A stretch of 64,000 bases of DNA from an uncultured Acidimicrobiales bacterium (GTDB lineage Bacteria; Actinomycetota; Acidimicrobiia; Acidimicrobiales; CADCSY01). Position numbers and translations under genes: made by a program. Each line of letters starts with the position of its first letter. The first letter of the stretch is position 1. The DNA is taken from NCBI GenBank assembly GCA_902805555.1, contig CADCSY010000043.1:1028-65027 (forward strand), in the 5' to 3' direction. The notes beneath the pieces are model-generated. The model saw only the letters and a program-made list of their open reading frames with translations, searched no databases and was not told the DNA's origin. Positions 55,508-64,000 of the stretch are shown piece after piece.

Positions 55508-57130
55508 TCAGTGACGGCCTCGCCGCCGGCGGCGACCGGCCGGCCCTGCTCCTTCGCCGAGCCGGCGCTTGATGGTCTCCCGCCGCTCGAGCAGGTCGGC
55601 GTAGGTGAGCCCCTCGTGGTCGGCCTCGAGCCCGAAGCTCGCCTTGACGCCGGTGAGGTCGACCTCGAAGCCGCCGGGCACGACGCCGATCTCCTTCGCC
55701 AGGCGCTCACCGTGGTTGACGGTGAAGTAGGTGGCGATCTGGGCGATCTCCCCGAACAGGTCGAGGTTCGGGGCGAGGGAGGCGATGGCCCCGTCGAGGA
55801 ACACCATGTTCTTGATGAAGAGCATGAGCTCCTTGGGCATGCGGGCGCCGTAGGCCAGGAGCGCCTTCACGATCGTCCGCAGCTCGGCCACCAGCTCCTC
55901 ACCGGTCAAGGTGGTCGGGTCGACCGGTGGGCGGTCGAGCTTGAGGTCGCGGATGACGGCACCGAGGTCGGTGTCGGGCGGCAGCGCGCCCAGGTCGACC
56001 AGCGCGCCCAGCTGGCCCCGGATGTCGTTGGTGATGCTGCCCATCAGCAGGCGGAGGAAGGCGAGCCGCTTCGTCTCGCTCAACCGCCCGGTGATCCCGT
56101 AGTCGAGCAGGGCGGTCCGGCCGTCGGGCTGGACGAACAGGTTCCCGCCGTGCAGGTCGCCGTGGAAGATCCCGTGGATCATGGCCCCCTCGAGGAAGCC
56201 GATCATCCCGGTGCGCACCACCGTCTCGGTGTCGACGCCGGCGTCGCGCATCCCGGCGACGTCGTCGAAGGCGAACCCGCTCAGCCGCTCCATGACGAGG
56301 AGCCGGCGGGTCACGAGGGTCGGGTGCGGCCGGGGGACGACGAAGTGGCGCTGGCCGAGGTCGGCCAGCACGCGCGCCACGTCGAGCATGTTCTCGGCCT
56401 CGAGGCGGAAGTCGAGCTCCTCGGTGATCGTGTCGGCGAACAGCTCGACGAGGGCCGGCGGGTTGGCCAGCGCCGCCACCGGGATGCGGCCGACGAGGGA
56501 GGGCGCGATCCACGACATGACCCGCAGGTCGGAGCGGACGAGCGTGGCGATCTGGGGGCGCTGCACCTTCACGACGACCGGTTCGCCAGTCAGCAGCGTC
56601 GCTGCGTGCACCTGGGCGATCGAGGCGGCGGCGAGGGGGGTCCGGTCGAACGAGGAGAACACCTCGGTGATCGGCCGTCCGAGCTCCTCGGCGACGACCT
56701 GCTCGACCACCTCCCACCGCTCGGCCGGGACCCGGTCGCGGCACCGCTTGAACTCGCTGACGAGCTCCTCCGGGAACAGGCCCTCCCCCGAGGAGATGAT
56801 CTGGCCCAGCTTGATGTAGGTGGGTCCGAGCGTCTCGGCTGCCCGCCGCAGGCGCCGTGACAGCCCCGCCCGGGAGGTGGCACCACCGGAGCGACGGTCG
56901 GTCGCCGCCCACACCGCGATGGGCACACCGAGGTGGAGGGCGGTCGACGCCAGGCGGCCGAGCGGCGGGACCCGACGGCGGCGGGTGAGCTCGGGGATCT
57001 CCGCCCTCGTCCGCGCCCGGAGGCGGTCGAGGCCGATCCGCCATGTGGTGGTGGCCGGGTCCACCAGCCAGGGAGGCTCGTCGCTGAAGGTGCCGAGCCC
57101 GAGGTCGGAGGCAGGGATCGAGACGCTCAC
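55508..57130 (-). CDS. ABC1/UbiB (AarF) atypical kinase family protein
   Basis: Patterns are TYIKLGQIISS, AAASIAQVHAA...VVVKVQRP and HGDLHGGNLF. Confidence 0.85.
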   Translation of the reverse strand: MSVSIPASDLGLGTFSDEPPWLVDPATTTWRIGLDRLRARTRAEIPELTRRRRVPPLGRLASTALHLGVPIAVWAATDRRSGGATSRAGLSRRLRRAAETLGPTYIKLGQIISSGEGLFPEELVSEFKRCRDRVPAERWEVVEQVVAEELGRPITEVFSSFDRTPLAAASIAQVHAATLLTGEPVVVKVQRPQIATLVRSDLRVMSWIAPSLVGRIPVAALANPPALVELFADTITEELDFRLEAENMLDVARVLADLGQRHFVVPRPHPTLVTRRLLVMERLSGFAFDDVAGMRDAGVDTETVVRTGMIGFLEGAMIHGIFHGDLHGGNLFVQPDGRTALLDYGITGRLSETKRLAFLRLLMGSITNDIRGQLGALVDLGALPPDTDLGAVIRDLKLDRPPVDPTTLTGEELVAELRTIVKALLAYGARMPKELMLFIKNMVFLDGAIASLAPNLDLFGEIAQIATYFTVNHGERLAKEIGVVPGGFEVDLTGVKASFGLEADHEGLTYADLLERRETIKRRLGEGAGPAGRRRRRGRH

Positions 57131-57346
57131 GCCTCAACCCTACGGTCGGCGTGCGTCCAACCCGCAGGCCGCAGACCCCGCAGGGTGGCTCGCTGCGCGG
57201 TCGCCACCGTCGAGCCGAGGGCCTCCCCGCCCACTGCCACCTGCTGGATCGCCGGGCCCGCGCCTGCGGGCAGCGCAGCGGGTCGTCGGTAACGTGACGG
57301 ACGGCACAGGCGCCGACCGGCGCAGCGGCCACCGGGGGGATGGGCG

Positions 57347-59104
57347 ATGGCCGAGGCGACCGAGCGCTGGGTGACGGACAACGAGCCGAGCGTGCGCTAC
57401 CCGATCTACACGAGGGCCAACGCCGGCGAGGTCTACCCGGACCCGGTGACCCCCCTCTCGGGCAGCCTGGCCATGCTCACGGCCGGGGAAGCCGGGTGGA
57501 AGGACGCGTACGTCCGGCTGGGGACGCTCGACCGGGACGAGTTCGAGGTCGACCGGCCGAACACGATCGGTTGCTTCGGCGGCTACTTCTACCTGAACAT
57601 GTCGTTGACCCGGATCTACGGCGTCCGCTTCCCCGGCCTCACACCCGAGATCGTCGACCTCCAGTACTTCGGCGAGATGCCCGGCATCCCGCCCTACGAG
57701 GCCGAGGCGAGGCCGACCGACGAGAGCCCGAGGCACACGGCGAGGCTGCAGGAGTGGCTGACCGGCTACATCTTCGCCAGGGACGACCTGCCCGAGCTGC
57801 GTGACGACCAGCGCCAGCTGACCCGCATCGTCGCTGCCAGACCGGACTTCGCCGAGCTCACCGACCAGGAGCTCGTCGACCGGGCCCGGAGCTTCAGCCC
57901 GCTCTACCGCCGCCTGTTCTGCCGGCACATCGCCACCTCCGCAGCGGCCGGGGTGGGCACGGGCACGGTGGCCGGGGTGTGCCAGGCCATCGGCGATCCG
58001 GGCCTGACCATGACGCTCGTCTCCGGCATCGGCGACGTCGACTCGGCCGCACCTTCGCTCGCGCTGTGGGACATGGGCCGGCGCGTGGCTGCATCCCCCG
58101 TGCTCAGTGCCGCCTTCGACCAGGGCGTCCCCGGGCTCCTCCAGCGGTTGCAGGCTTCCGAGGCAGGGGGCGGGGGGGCGGCGCTGCTCGAGGAGCTGGC
58201 GAGCTTCTCGTCCCGGTACGGCAGCCGCGGGCCCAACGAGTGGGAGCTGCGCTCCCACACCTGGGGCACGAAGCCGGAGCTGGTGCTGGCCGCCATCGAC
58301 CGGATGCGCCTCGCGCCCGAGTCGCAGGCGCCGGCCACCAACCTCGTGCAGCGTGGCGAGGACGCCACCGATGCCGCAGCCAAGGTGTCCGCCATGCTCG
58401 ACGGGGACCCGGCTGCGCTCGGCCAGTTCCAGGCGGGCGTGCGAGCTGCGCGGCTGTTCCTGGCGGGGAGGGAGCGGACGAAGACGAGCTGCATCCTGCT
58501 CGTGCACGAGATGCGGCTGCCGCTCCGGGAGCTCGGGCGCCGGCTGGTCGAGGCGGGCCACCTCGCCGAGGTCGAGCAGATCTTCATGTTCACCGACGAC
58601 GAGCTGGACGACGTGGTGGAGCGTCCGGCCGACTTCACCGACCTGGCCGCCACACGGGAGCAGGAGTACCTGGGGCTCTTCGAGCTCGAGCCGCCGTTCA
58701 TCATCGACGGGACGGTGCCACCGCTCAGCACGTGGGCCCGGCGGGACCGGACCGACACGGCGGCCAACACCGTCGGCCAGGTGCTGACCGGGATCTCCGG
58801 CTGCGCGGGGACGGCGACCGGGCGGGCTCGCGTCATCCTCGACCCGTCGGACCCCGGCGCCCTCGAGCCGGGCGACATCCTCGTCGCCCCTGTCACCGAC
58901 CCGAGCTGGACGCCCCTCTTCGTCCCCGCCGCCGCCGTCGTCGTCGACGTCGGCGCCCAGATCACCCACGCCGTGATCGTGAGCCGCGAGCTCGGCATCC
59001 CCTGCGTGGTGTCGGTGACCGGGGCCACGAGGTCGATCCCGGACGGCGCCACCATCACCGTCGACGGGAGCGCAGGCACCGTCACGATCGACGCGCTGCC
59101 GTAG
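57347..59104 (+). CDS. PEP-utilising enzyme mobile-domain protein resembling rifampin phosphotransferase without its N-terminal ATP-grasp domain
   Basis: The C-terminal swivel domain has a phospho-His context (ILVAPVTDPSWTPLF...VDVGAQITHAVIVSRELGIPCVV). The ~480-aa region upstream is helical. No PPDK_N/ATP-grasp patterns are present in this 585-aa product. Confidence 0.75.
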   Translation: MAEATERWVTDNEPSVRYPIYTRANAGEVYPDPVTPLSGSLAMLTAGEAGWKDAYVRLGTLDRDEFEVDRPNTIGCFGGYFYLNMSLTRIYGVRFPGLTPEIVDLQYFGEMPGIPPYEAEARPTDESPRHTARLQEWLTGYIFARDDLPELRDDQRQLTRIVAARPDFAELTDQELVDRARSFSPLYRRLFCRHIATSAAAGVGTGTVAGVCQAIGDPGLTMTLVSGIGDVDSAAPSLALWDMGRRVAASPVLSAAFDQGVPGLLQRLQASEAGGGGAALLEELASFSSRYGSRGPNEWELRSHTWGTKPELVLAAIDRMRLAPESQAPATNLVQRGEDATDAAAKVSAMLDGDPAALGQFQAGVRAARLFLAGRERTKTSCILLVHEMRLPLRELGRRLVEAGHLAEVEQIFMFTDDELDDVVERPADFTDLAATREQEYLGLFELEPPFIIDGTVPPLSTWARRDRTDTAANTVGQVLTGISGCAGTATGRARVILDPSDPGALEPGDILVAPVTDPSWTPLFVPAAAVVVDVGAQITHAVIVSRELGIPCVVSVTGATRSIPDGATITVDGSAGTVTIDALP

Positions 59105-59123
59105 GGCGGCCCCCGCTGCGGCC

Positions 59124-60029
59124 ATGACCGGGGACGGGGGCCACCCGAACCGCCGGGCGCTGTCGAGCCTCCCGGTCGAGCTGCGGCGGACGACGGTGCC
59201 GCCCGTCGTGCGGGCGTGGGTCGCCCGGCGGGCGGGCTCGGAGGTCGCGTCGGTGCGCCGCCTGCAGGGCGCCTCCTCGGCGGCGGTGCACGCGCTGCAG
59301 CTCGAGGACGGGCGGCGCCTGGCGCTGCGCCGCTACGTGTGGCCGGGGTTCCTCGAGGCCGAGCCGGAGGCGGCCCGGCGGGAGGTCGAGGCGCTCGGCT
59401 TCGCCCGGGAGCGCGGCCTTCCCGTGCCCGAGGTCGTCGCAGCCGACGTGACGGGTGCAGAGGTGGGTGACGGCGTCGCCGCCCTCCTGATGGGCTTCGT
59501 CCCCGGTCGGGCGGTGGGGGATCCCGACCTCGGGCGCCTGGCGGAGGTCGCGGCCGGGGTGCACGCGACCGACCCCTCGGGCTTCGGCCACCGGTACTTC
59601 CCGTGGTACTCGTCGACCACGGTGGGCCCGCCGCCCGGCAGCGGGCAGCCGGCGGTCTGGGAGGCGGCGCTCGAGCTCTGGCACGACGCCATGCCGCAGC
59701 ACGAGGAGGTGTTCGTCCACCGCGACCTCCACCCCGGCAACATCCTGTGGCGCCGGGGGCGCCTGACGGGGATCGTCGACTGGGCGAACGCCTGCCGGGG
59801 TCCCCGCGGCTGCGACGTGGCCCACTGCCGGGCCAACCTCCGCCTGCTCTCCGGCGAGCAGGCTGCTGATCGCTTCCTCACCGCCTACGAGTCGCTGACC
59901 GGCGTCACCCACCATCCGTACTGGGAGCTCGCCTCGATCCTCGAGCACGGCCCCTCGCACTGGACCCCCGAGCAGCTCGCCGCCGACGAGCCCCGACTCG
60001 CCCGTGCCCTGGCCGAGCTGCGCGGGTGA
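59124..60029 (+). CDS. Aminoglycoside phosphotransferase (APH) / choline-kinase-fold kinase
   Basis: Brenner motif HRDLHPGNILW and metal-binding IVDWANA. It lies 19 nt downstream of the PEP-utilising gene. Confidence 0.8.
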   Translation: MTGDGGHPNRRALSSLPVELRRTTVPPVVRAWVARRAGSEVASVRRLQGASSAAVHALQLEDGRRLALRRYVWPGFLEAEPEAARREVEALGFARERGLPVPEVVAADVTGAEVGDGVAALLMGFVPGRAVGDPDLGRLAEVAAGVHATDPSGFGHRYFPWYSSTTVGPPPGSGQPAVWEAALELWHDAMPQHEEVFVHRDLHPGNILWRRGRLTGIVDWANACRGPRGCDVAHCRANLRLLSGEQAADRFLTAYESLTGVTHHPYWELASILEHGPSHWTPEQLAADEPRLARALAELRG

Positions 60030-60139
60030 CCCCTCCCGACCGACCGGGTGCGCGCCCGAGTGACGGCACCCGAGGGCGACACCTCGCTGCACCCCTGTGC
60101 CGGGCGTTCGTCCCCGACTCGTGCGACGGTTCGCCGTCG

Positions 60140-61012
60140 TCAGCCGCCTGGTGAGACAGAGACGGCGACGCGGCTTGCATGCACGTGGCGATCCGGCACC
60201 GACAGCTCCCCCGCGAGCGCAACGAGGCCGATGTCCTCCCTGAGCAGGAACCCAGCCTCGGCCACGAGGGCCTGCACCGTCTCCCGGGACCACGAGGACC
60301 TCCTCGACTCGTTCGCCATGGGGTCGCCGCGTCCCATGAGGACGAGCAGGGCGCGCGCCAGCAGGCGTCCGAGGCGGCCTCGTGGTGACTCGAGCTGGTA
60401 CGTCAGCACGACCGTGCTGCCTGGTGCGGACCGCCCGGCGATGGCGGTCAGGGTGGTCGCGGCCGCCTGCTCGCTGAGGTAGGGGATGACGCCCTCGAGG
60501 ATCCAGGTCGTGGGCCCCGTTGCGTCATGGCCGGCTGCGAACAGGACGGCCCCGAGGTCCACCTCGTCGAGGTCGGCTGCCACGAAGTGGTGGCGCCCGA
60601 CCGGCGGCCCGAGGGCGACTGCTCGCGAGCGCTTCTCGTGCTGCGATGCGGGGTGGTCGACCTCGAAGACGTCGACCTGCGCGAGCTCCGACATGCGCCA
60701 GGCCCGACCGTCGAGGCCAGCGCCGACGATGACCAGCTGGGGGTTGCCGGCGGCACGGACGGCGTCGTCGACGGCGACCGTCCGCAGCGCCATCGCCTCG
60801 GCCTGCCTGCCGAGCAGCTCGACGTCGAGTCTCGCCGCCAACCCCTTCGACGTCGGCACGGCGCGAGCTCGCATGACCGGCGTGCGCTCCGTCTCCCGCA
60901 GGAGGCGGAGCGCCGTGGGGTCGTCGAAGCGACCGACGGCGAGGCGGCCGTGTGCCACGGCCCGACCCTGGCAGACGAGGACCGCCGTTCGACTCGCCCG
61001 GTCGGCTGGCAC
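60140..61012 (-). CDS. Class I SAM-dependent methyltransferase (Leu carboxyl methyltransferase / TIGR00027-like family)
   Basis: The N-terminus is RTAVLVCQGRAVAHGR...FDDPTALRLL. SAM motif is QLVIVGAGLDGRAWR. Also present is TTWILEGVIPYL. The start is GTG. Confidence 0.8.
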   Translation of the reverse strand: MPADRASRTAVLVCQGRAVAHGRLAVGRFDDPTALRLLRETERTPVMRARAVPTSKGLAARLDVELLGRQAEAMALRTVAVDDAVRAAGNPQLVIVGAGLDGRAWRMSELAQVDVFEVDHPASQHEKRSRAVALGPPVGRHHFVAADLDEVDLGAVLFAAGHDATGPTTWILEGVIPYLSEQAAATTLTAIAGRSAPGSTVVLTYQLESPRGRLGRLLARALLVLMGRGDPMANESRRSSWSRETVQALVAEAGFLLREDIGLVALAGELSVPDRHVHASRVAVSVSPGG

Positions 61013-61263
61013 GTGGAGAGCCTCCCACCCGGGTGACGCAGGCGCACGGACCGAGCCCCGCCCCTCATCGAGCCGCAGGGAGCGTCGGTCGTGGCGCCAG
61101 CCCCCCCCGTCAGGCGCCCTGCGGCCACAAGAGCCGCTGCTCTCGCGGTCGGCCGACGCCGTGTGCTTTCCCCTGGGGGACCGGCCGGCGGTGCCCCACC
61201 CGGCTCAGCGTCGACTGGACGAGGCTCCGCGTCCCCGGCCTCCTCACGCGGCGTCGAGGCGCA

Positions 61264-61493
61264 GCTGCGACGTGGCCCACTGCCGGGCCAACCTCCGCGT
61301 GCTCCGGCAAGCAGGCCGCTGACCGCTTCCTCACCGCCTACGAGTCGCTGAGCGGCGGCGTCACCCACCACCCGTACTGGGAGCTCGCCTCGATCCTCGA
61401 GCACGGCCTCTCGCACTGGACCCCCAGCAGCTCGCCGCCGACGAGTCCCGCCTCGACCGTGCCGTCGCCGAGCTGGGCAGGCGACCTGCGTGA
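61264..61493 (+). pseudogene. Degenerate duplicate of the 3' end of the APH gene (paralogous to 59809..60029)
   Basis: My manual alignment gives about 13 substitutions, two 1-nt deletions, one 3-nt insertion and a divergent tail over ~215 nt. The translation is split over two frames (CDVAHCRANLRVLRQAGR* then DRFLTAYESLSGGVTHHPYWELASILEHGLSHWTP...). No upstream kinase core is present. Confidence 0.8.
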
Positions 61494-61571
61494 TGGACGT
61501 GTGGCTCGCAAGACCCTTGTGCGAGAAGGGATTCCGGTCGGGCGGCTGTCACACCCCGTTCGTAGGGTGAC

Positions 61572-62739
61572 GTGGTGTTCGACGTGTTGGCGGGAGCGAT
61601 CGAGGAGCTGGACATCCCTGCTGATCCGGCTGCGCTGGCTCGGGTGCTGCACCTGCAGGACCGGTTGGCGGCGAAGGTGACGATGGCGGTGGCCGACTTC
61701 GATGCCCACCGGCTGTGGGACCTCGAGGGGGACACCTCGCAGACCGCCTGGCTGCGTCGGACCGCGGGGATGACGAGCCGCGACGCCACGGTCACGGTTC
61801 ACACCGGTCGACGGTTGCGCCAGGCTCCGGTCACAGCCGGGGCGTGGCTGGAGGGGTCCTTGTCGTGTGGGCAGGTCGCCAGCGTGGTGGCCAACCTGTC
61901 CGACGCCACCGCCCCGCTGTTCGCGCATCAGGAGGCGGACCTGGTCCCAGCGCTGGTCCAGTTGCCAGTTGCCAGTGGCCGACGCCGCCACGGTGATGCG
62001 CACCTGGGCGGCAGCCGCCCAGGACTCGCTGGACCTCGGGGCGGTGGAGGAACCCGACCGGTCGCTGCACCTGTCCCCGACGCTGGACGGGACGGTGGTG
62101 GTCAAGGGGGCCCTGGACCCCGACGCCGGGGCGGTGGTCACAACCGCCATCCGCATGGCCATGTCCGAGGACGCTCTGGGGGAACCGCCGCGGGAGCCAG
62201 CGCACCGCCGAGCGGACGCACTGGTCGACCTGTGCCGGTTCTTCCTCGACCATCGACACGGCACCCCCGGCGGCCGGCACCGCCCCCACCTGAACCTGGT
62301 CATCGACCTCGACGAGCGAGCCGCCGGCGACCCGGCCGCCGGACGCACCCTCGACGGCGCGATCCTCACCCGGGAGACGATCAGCCGGTACCTGTGCGAC
62401 AGCGGCGTCCACCGGGTCCTCACCCGAGGACGCTCCACGATCCTCGACTACGGGATGACCACCCGCACCGTTCCCGCCCCGTCGTTCAACGCCCTCGTCG
62501 TCCGCGACCGCCACTGCCGGTGGGCCGGCTGCGACCGGCCCCCGACGTGGTGCGAGGCCCACCACGTCCACCACTGGGAGCACGGCGGCCCCACCACCCC
62601 CGAGAACCTGACCCTGCTGTGCGCACGCCACCACCACCGAGCTCACACGCCCGGCTGGCACCTCAAGCTGCTCCCCGACGCCACACTCCACATCACCACC
62701 CCCACCGGAACCGTCCTCCACACGAGACCCCCGCCATGA
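61572..62739 (+). pseudogene. DUF222/HNH endonuclease gene (REP13E12-like family) disrupted by a 7-bp tandem duplication
   Basis: The N-terminal 131 codons are in the frame of ORF 61572 (MVFDVLAGAIEELD...ALVQL). The C-terminal 255 codons are in the frame of ORF 61867 (PVADAATVMRTW...HCRWAGCDRPPTWCEAHHVHHWEHGGPTTPENLTLLCARHHHRAH). The frames switch at CCAGTTGCCAGTTG (61958-61971). Confidence 0.8.
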
Positions 62740-62936
62740 AGGTGGCGTGCGGCCGAGGAGCGCGTCGCCGAGCGTGACCGGGACCGTCGCGACGGCGGCG
62801 CTGGTGACCCGTACTTCCTCCATCCTGCGAGCACCAGTGGGTCCTGACGGCTCGCGCTCGCGCCACCGGCCCTCAGCCTGCTGTGCCGTCCGAGGGCGCG
62901 ACGCACGGGCTCGGGGAGGACCCCTGCGACCTCGGG

Positions 62937-63788
62937 TCACCACAGCTCGGTCACGAGCTCGGCGATGACGGCTCCCGGGTCGACCGGGACGCCCTTGCGG
63001 GTGAACCAGGTGGCGAGGTTGTCGACGTCGCGCTGCAGGAGCTCCATGCCTGCCGGGTGGGCGACCGGGTCCACGGCCTGGGGGAAGTCGATGAAGACCA
63101 GGCGCTCCTCCCACACGAGGATGTTGTAGGGGGAGAGGTCGGCGTGCACCACGCCGCAGCGGACGAACAGGTGCATGGCCTCGAGGACCTCGTGCCAGGC
63201 CCGCTCGAGCCCGGCGGGGCCGAGGCCGGCGTGGACGAGGCGGGGGGCCGTCGCCTCCTCGTCGCCGATCAGCTCGAGCAGGATCTCGTGGCCCAGGCGC
63301 TGGACCGGGTACGGCACGGGGGCGCCGGCGAGCCAGAGCTTGCAGAGCACGTCGAACTCGTTGGCCAGCCACAGGTCGGCCCGGAAGCGCATGCCCCTGG
63401 TGCTGCCGCGCTCCACCGCCCGCCGCAGGCGCGACTCGCGGATGGCCGAGCTGTTGCGGTACTGCGAGTCGTCCGTGAACGTGCGCTCGTCGGCGCCTCG
63501 GTAGCGCTTGGCAGCCAGGAGGTTCGACTGCGGGCCCAGCACCCGCTCCACGAGGTGGACGTCCGCCTCCTTGCCTGTCTTGAGGATCCCGCGCTCGTGC
63601 TGCCGGGCGGCGGCTGCGGTGAGCACCCAGGCAGGGACGGGCTCCGGTCCGGGCTGGGCCAGGGGATAGGTGCTCTCCTCGGGGTCGACCTCGTCGTCGT
63701 CCCACCTGTGGATGGGCGTTCGAGGGGTCTGGTCGGGGACGTCGTCGGGATCGCCGGCGAGGGAGAGCCAGCGCGTCGTTCGGGGCAC
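62937..63788 (-). CDS. RIO-type serine protein kinase
   Basis: RIO signatures are ILKTGKEADVHLV (ATP loop, STGKEA-like), the catalytic VHADLSPYNILV and the metal-binding FIDFPQAV. The GTG start has GGAGGA 5 nt upstream. Confidence 0.85.
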   Translation of the reverse strand: MPRTTRWLSLAGDPDDVPDQTPRTPIHRWDDDEVDPEESTYPLAQPGPEPVPAWVLTAAAARQHERGILKTGKEADVHLVERVLGPQSNLLAAKRYRGADERTFTDDSQYRNSSAIRESRLRRAVERGSTRGMRFRADLWLANEFDVLCKLWLAGAPVPYPVQRLGHEILLELIGDEEATAPRLVHAGLGPAGLERAWHEVLEAMHLFVRCGVVHADLSPYNILVWEERLVFIDFPQAVDPVAHPAGMELLQRDVDNLATWFTRKGVPVDPGAVIAELVTELW

Positions 63789-63797
63789 GGGGTTCCT

Positions 63798-63825
63798 CCG
63801 GTGCGGTGGGGTCGCACCGCACCGG
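63798..63825 (-). other. Perfect 11-bp stem hairpin (CCGGTGCGGTG/CACCGCACCGG, 6-nt loop) abutting the RIO kinase Shine-Dalgarno
   Basis: Read directly. On the minus-strand RNA the 3' arm ends in ...CACCGCACCGGAGGAACCCCGUG, so the first two G of GGAGGA lie within the stem. Confidence 0.4.
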
Positions 63826-64000
63826 CCCTCGAGGGGGTTCAGCGGGCGGTGCGGGCGGTCGAGGTGGGGGTGTCGCCGGCGCTCTCCACGTGCGACCCCC
63901 TTCCCCCGGCCCCGTCCACCACGAGGCGACCACGTCGATCATCACCGTTGCGCCGGGGCCGTGCGCAACGGATTTCGGCGCGAGCCGCGATCAGAACTGC

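Noticed and set aside
57131-57346. 8-nt inverted repeat CCCGCAGG ... CCTGCGGG about 100 nt apart in the ABC1/PEP-utiliser divergent region
   Set aside because: It is short, GC-rich and widely spaced, so it is easily explained by chance in sequence of this GC content.
1-64000. Scan for CRISPR arrays, IS elements with terminal inverted repeats, integrases and prophage genes
   Set aside because: I saw no regularly spaced direct repeats, transposase or integrase motifs, or phage structural genes. The only mobile-element-like gene is the broken DUF222/HNH endonuclease.

Overview
This is a very GC-rich window (over 70% by eye) that looks like core chromosome of a high-GC actinobacterium. Markers supporting that are mca (mycothiol), luciferase-like/F420-type oxidoreductases, nucS, dnaE2 and WS/DGAT. 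I support about 60 protein-coding genes, packed tightly and often joined by 4-nt ATGA/GTGA overlaps. I saw no rRNA, tRNA, CRISPR array, or IS element with inverted repeats.

Gene content, in order:
- a 5'-truncated dnaE2 and a five-gene liv-type branched-chain amino-acid ABC operon;
- a small envelope/glycosyl cluster;
- cspA and a single-chain BC-BCCP-CT acyl-CoA carboxylase;
- gdhA and mca;
- many lipid and acyl-CoA genes: thiolase, thioesterase, ACAD, MFE-2-like SDR, WS/DGAT, PAP2, hydrolases;
- phoD, vanW and nucS;
- three atypical kinases of the ABC1, APH and RIO families.

The most interesting structures are:
1. A same-strand module of membrane histidine kinase, DUF3445 (heme/PAS-like), LuxR regulator, an 876-aa polytopic membrane protein and a Cys/His-rich miniprotein.
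2. A rearrangement scar at 59.8-62.7 kb. A degenerate duplicate of the 3' end of the APH gene flanks an inverted methyltransferase, next to a DUF222/HNH endonuclease gene broken by a 7-bp tandem duplication.
3. A rifampin-phosphotransferase-like protein that lacks its ATP-grasp domain and is operonic with an APH-fold kinase.
4. A methyltransferase-Mug glycosylase fusion.

All functional calls rest on motifs I recognise by eye. No database search was run. Start codons are inferred from the ORF track, RBS-like sequences and gene spacing. Many long ORFs in the track are GC-driven artefacts.
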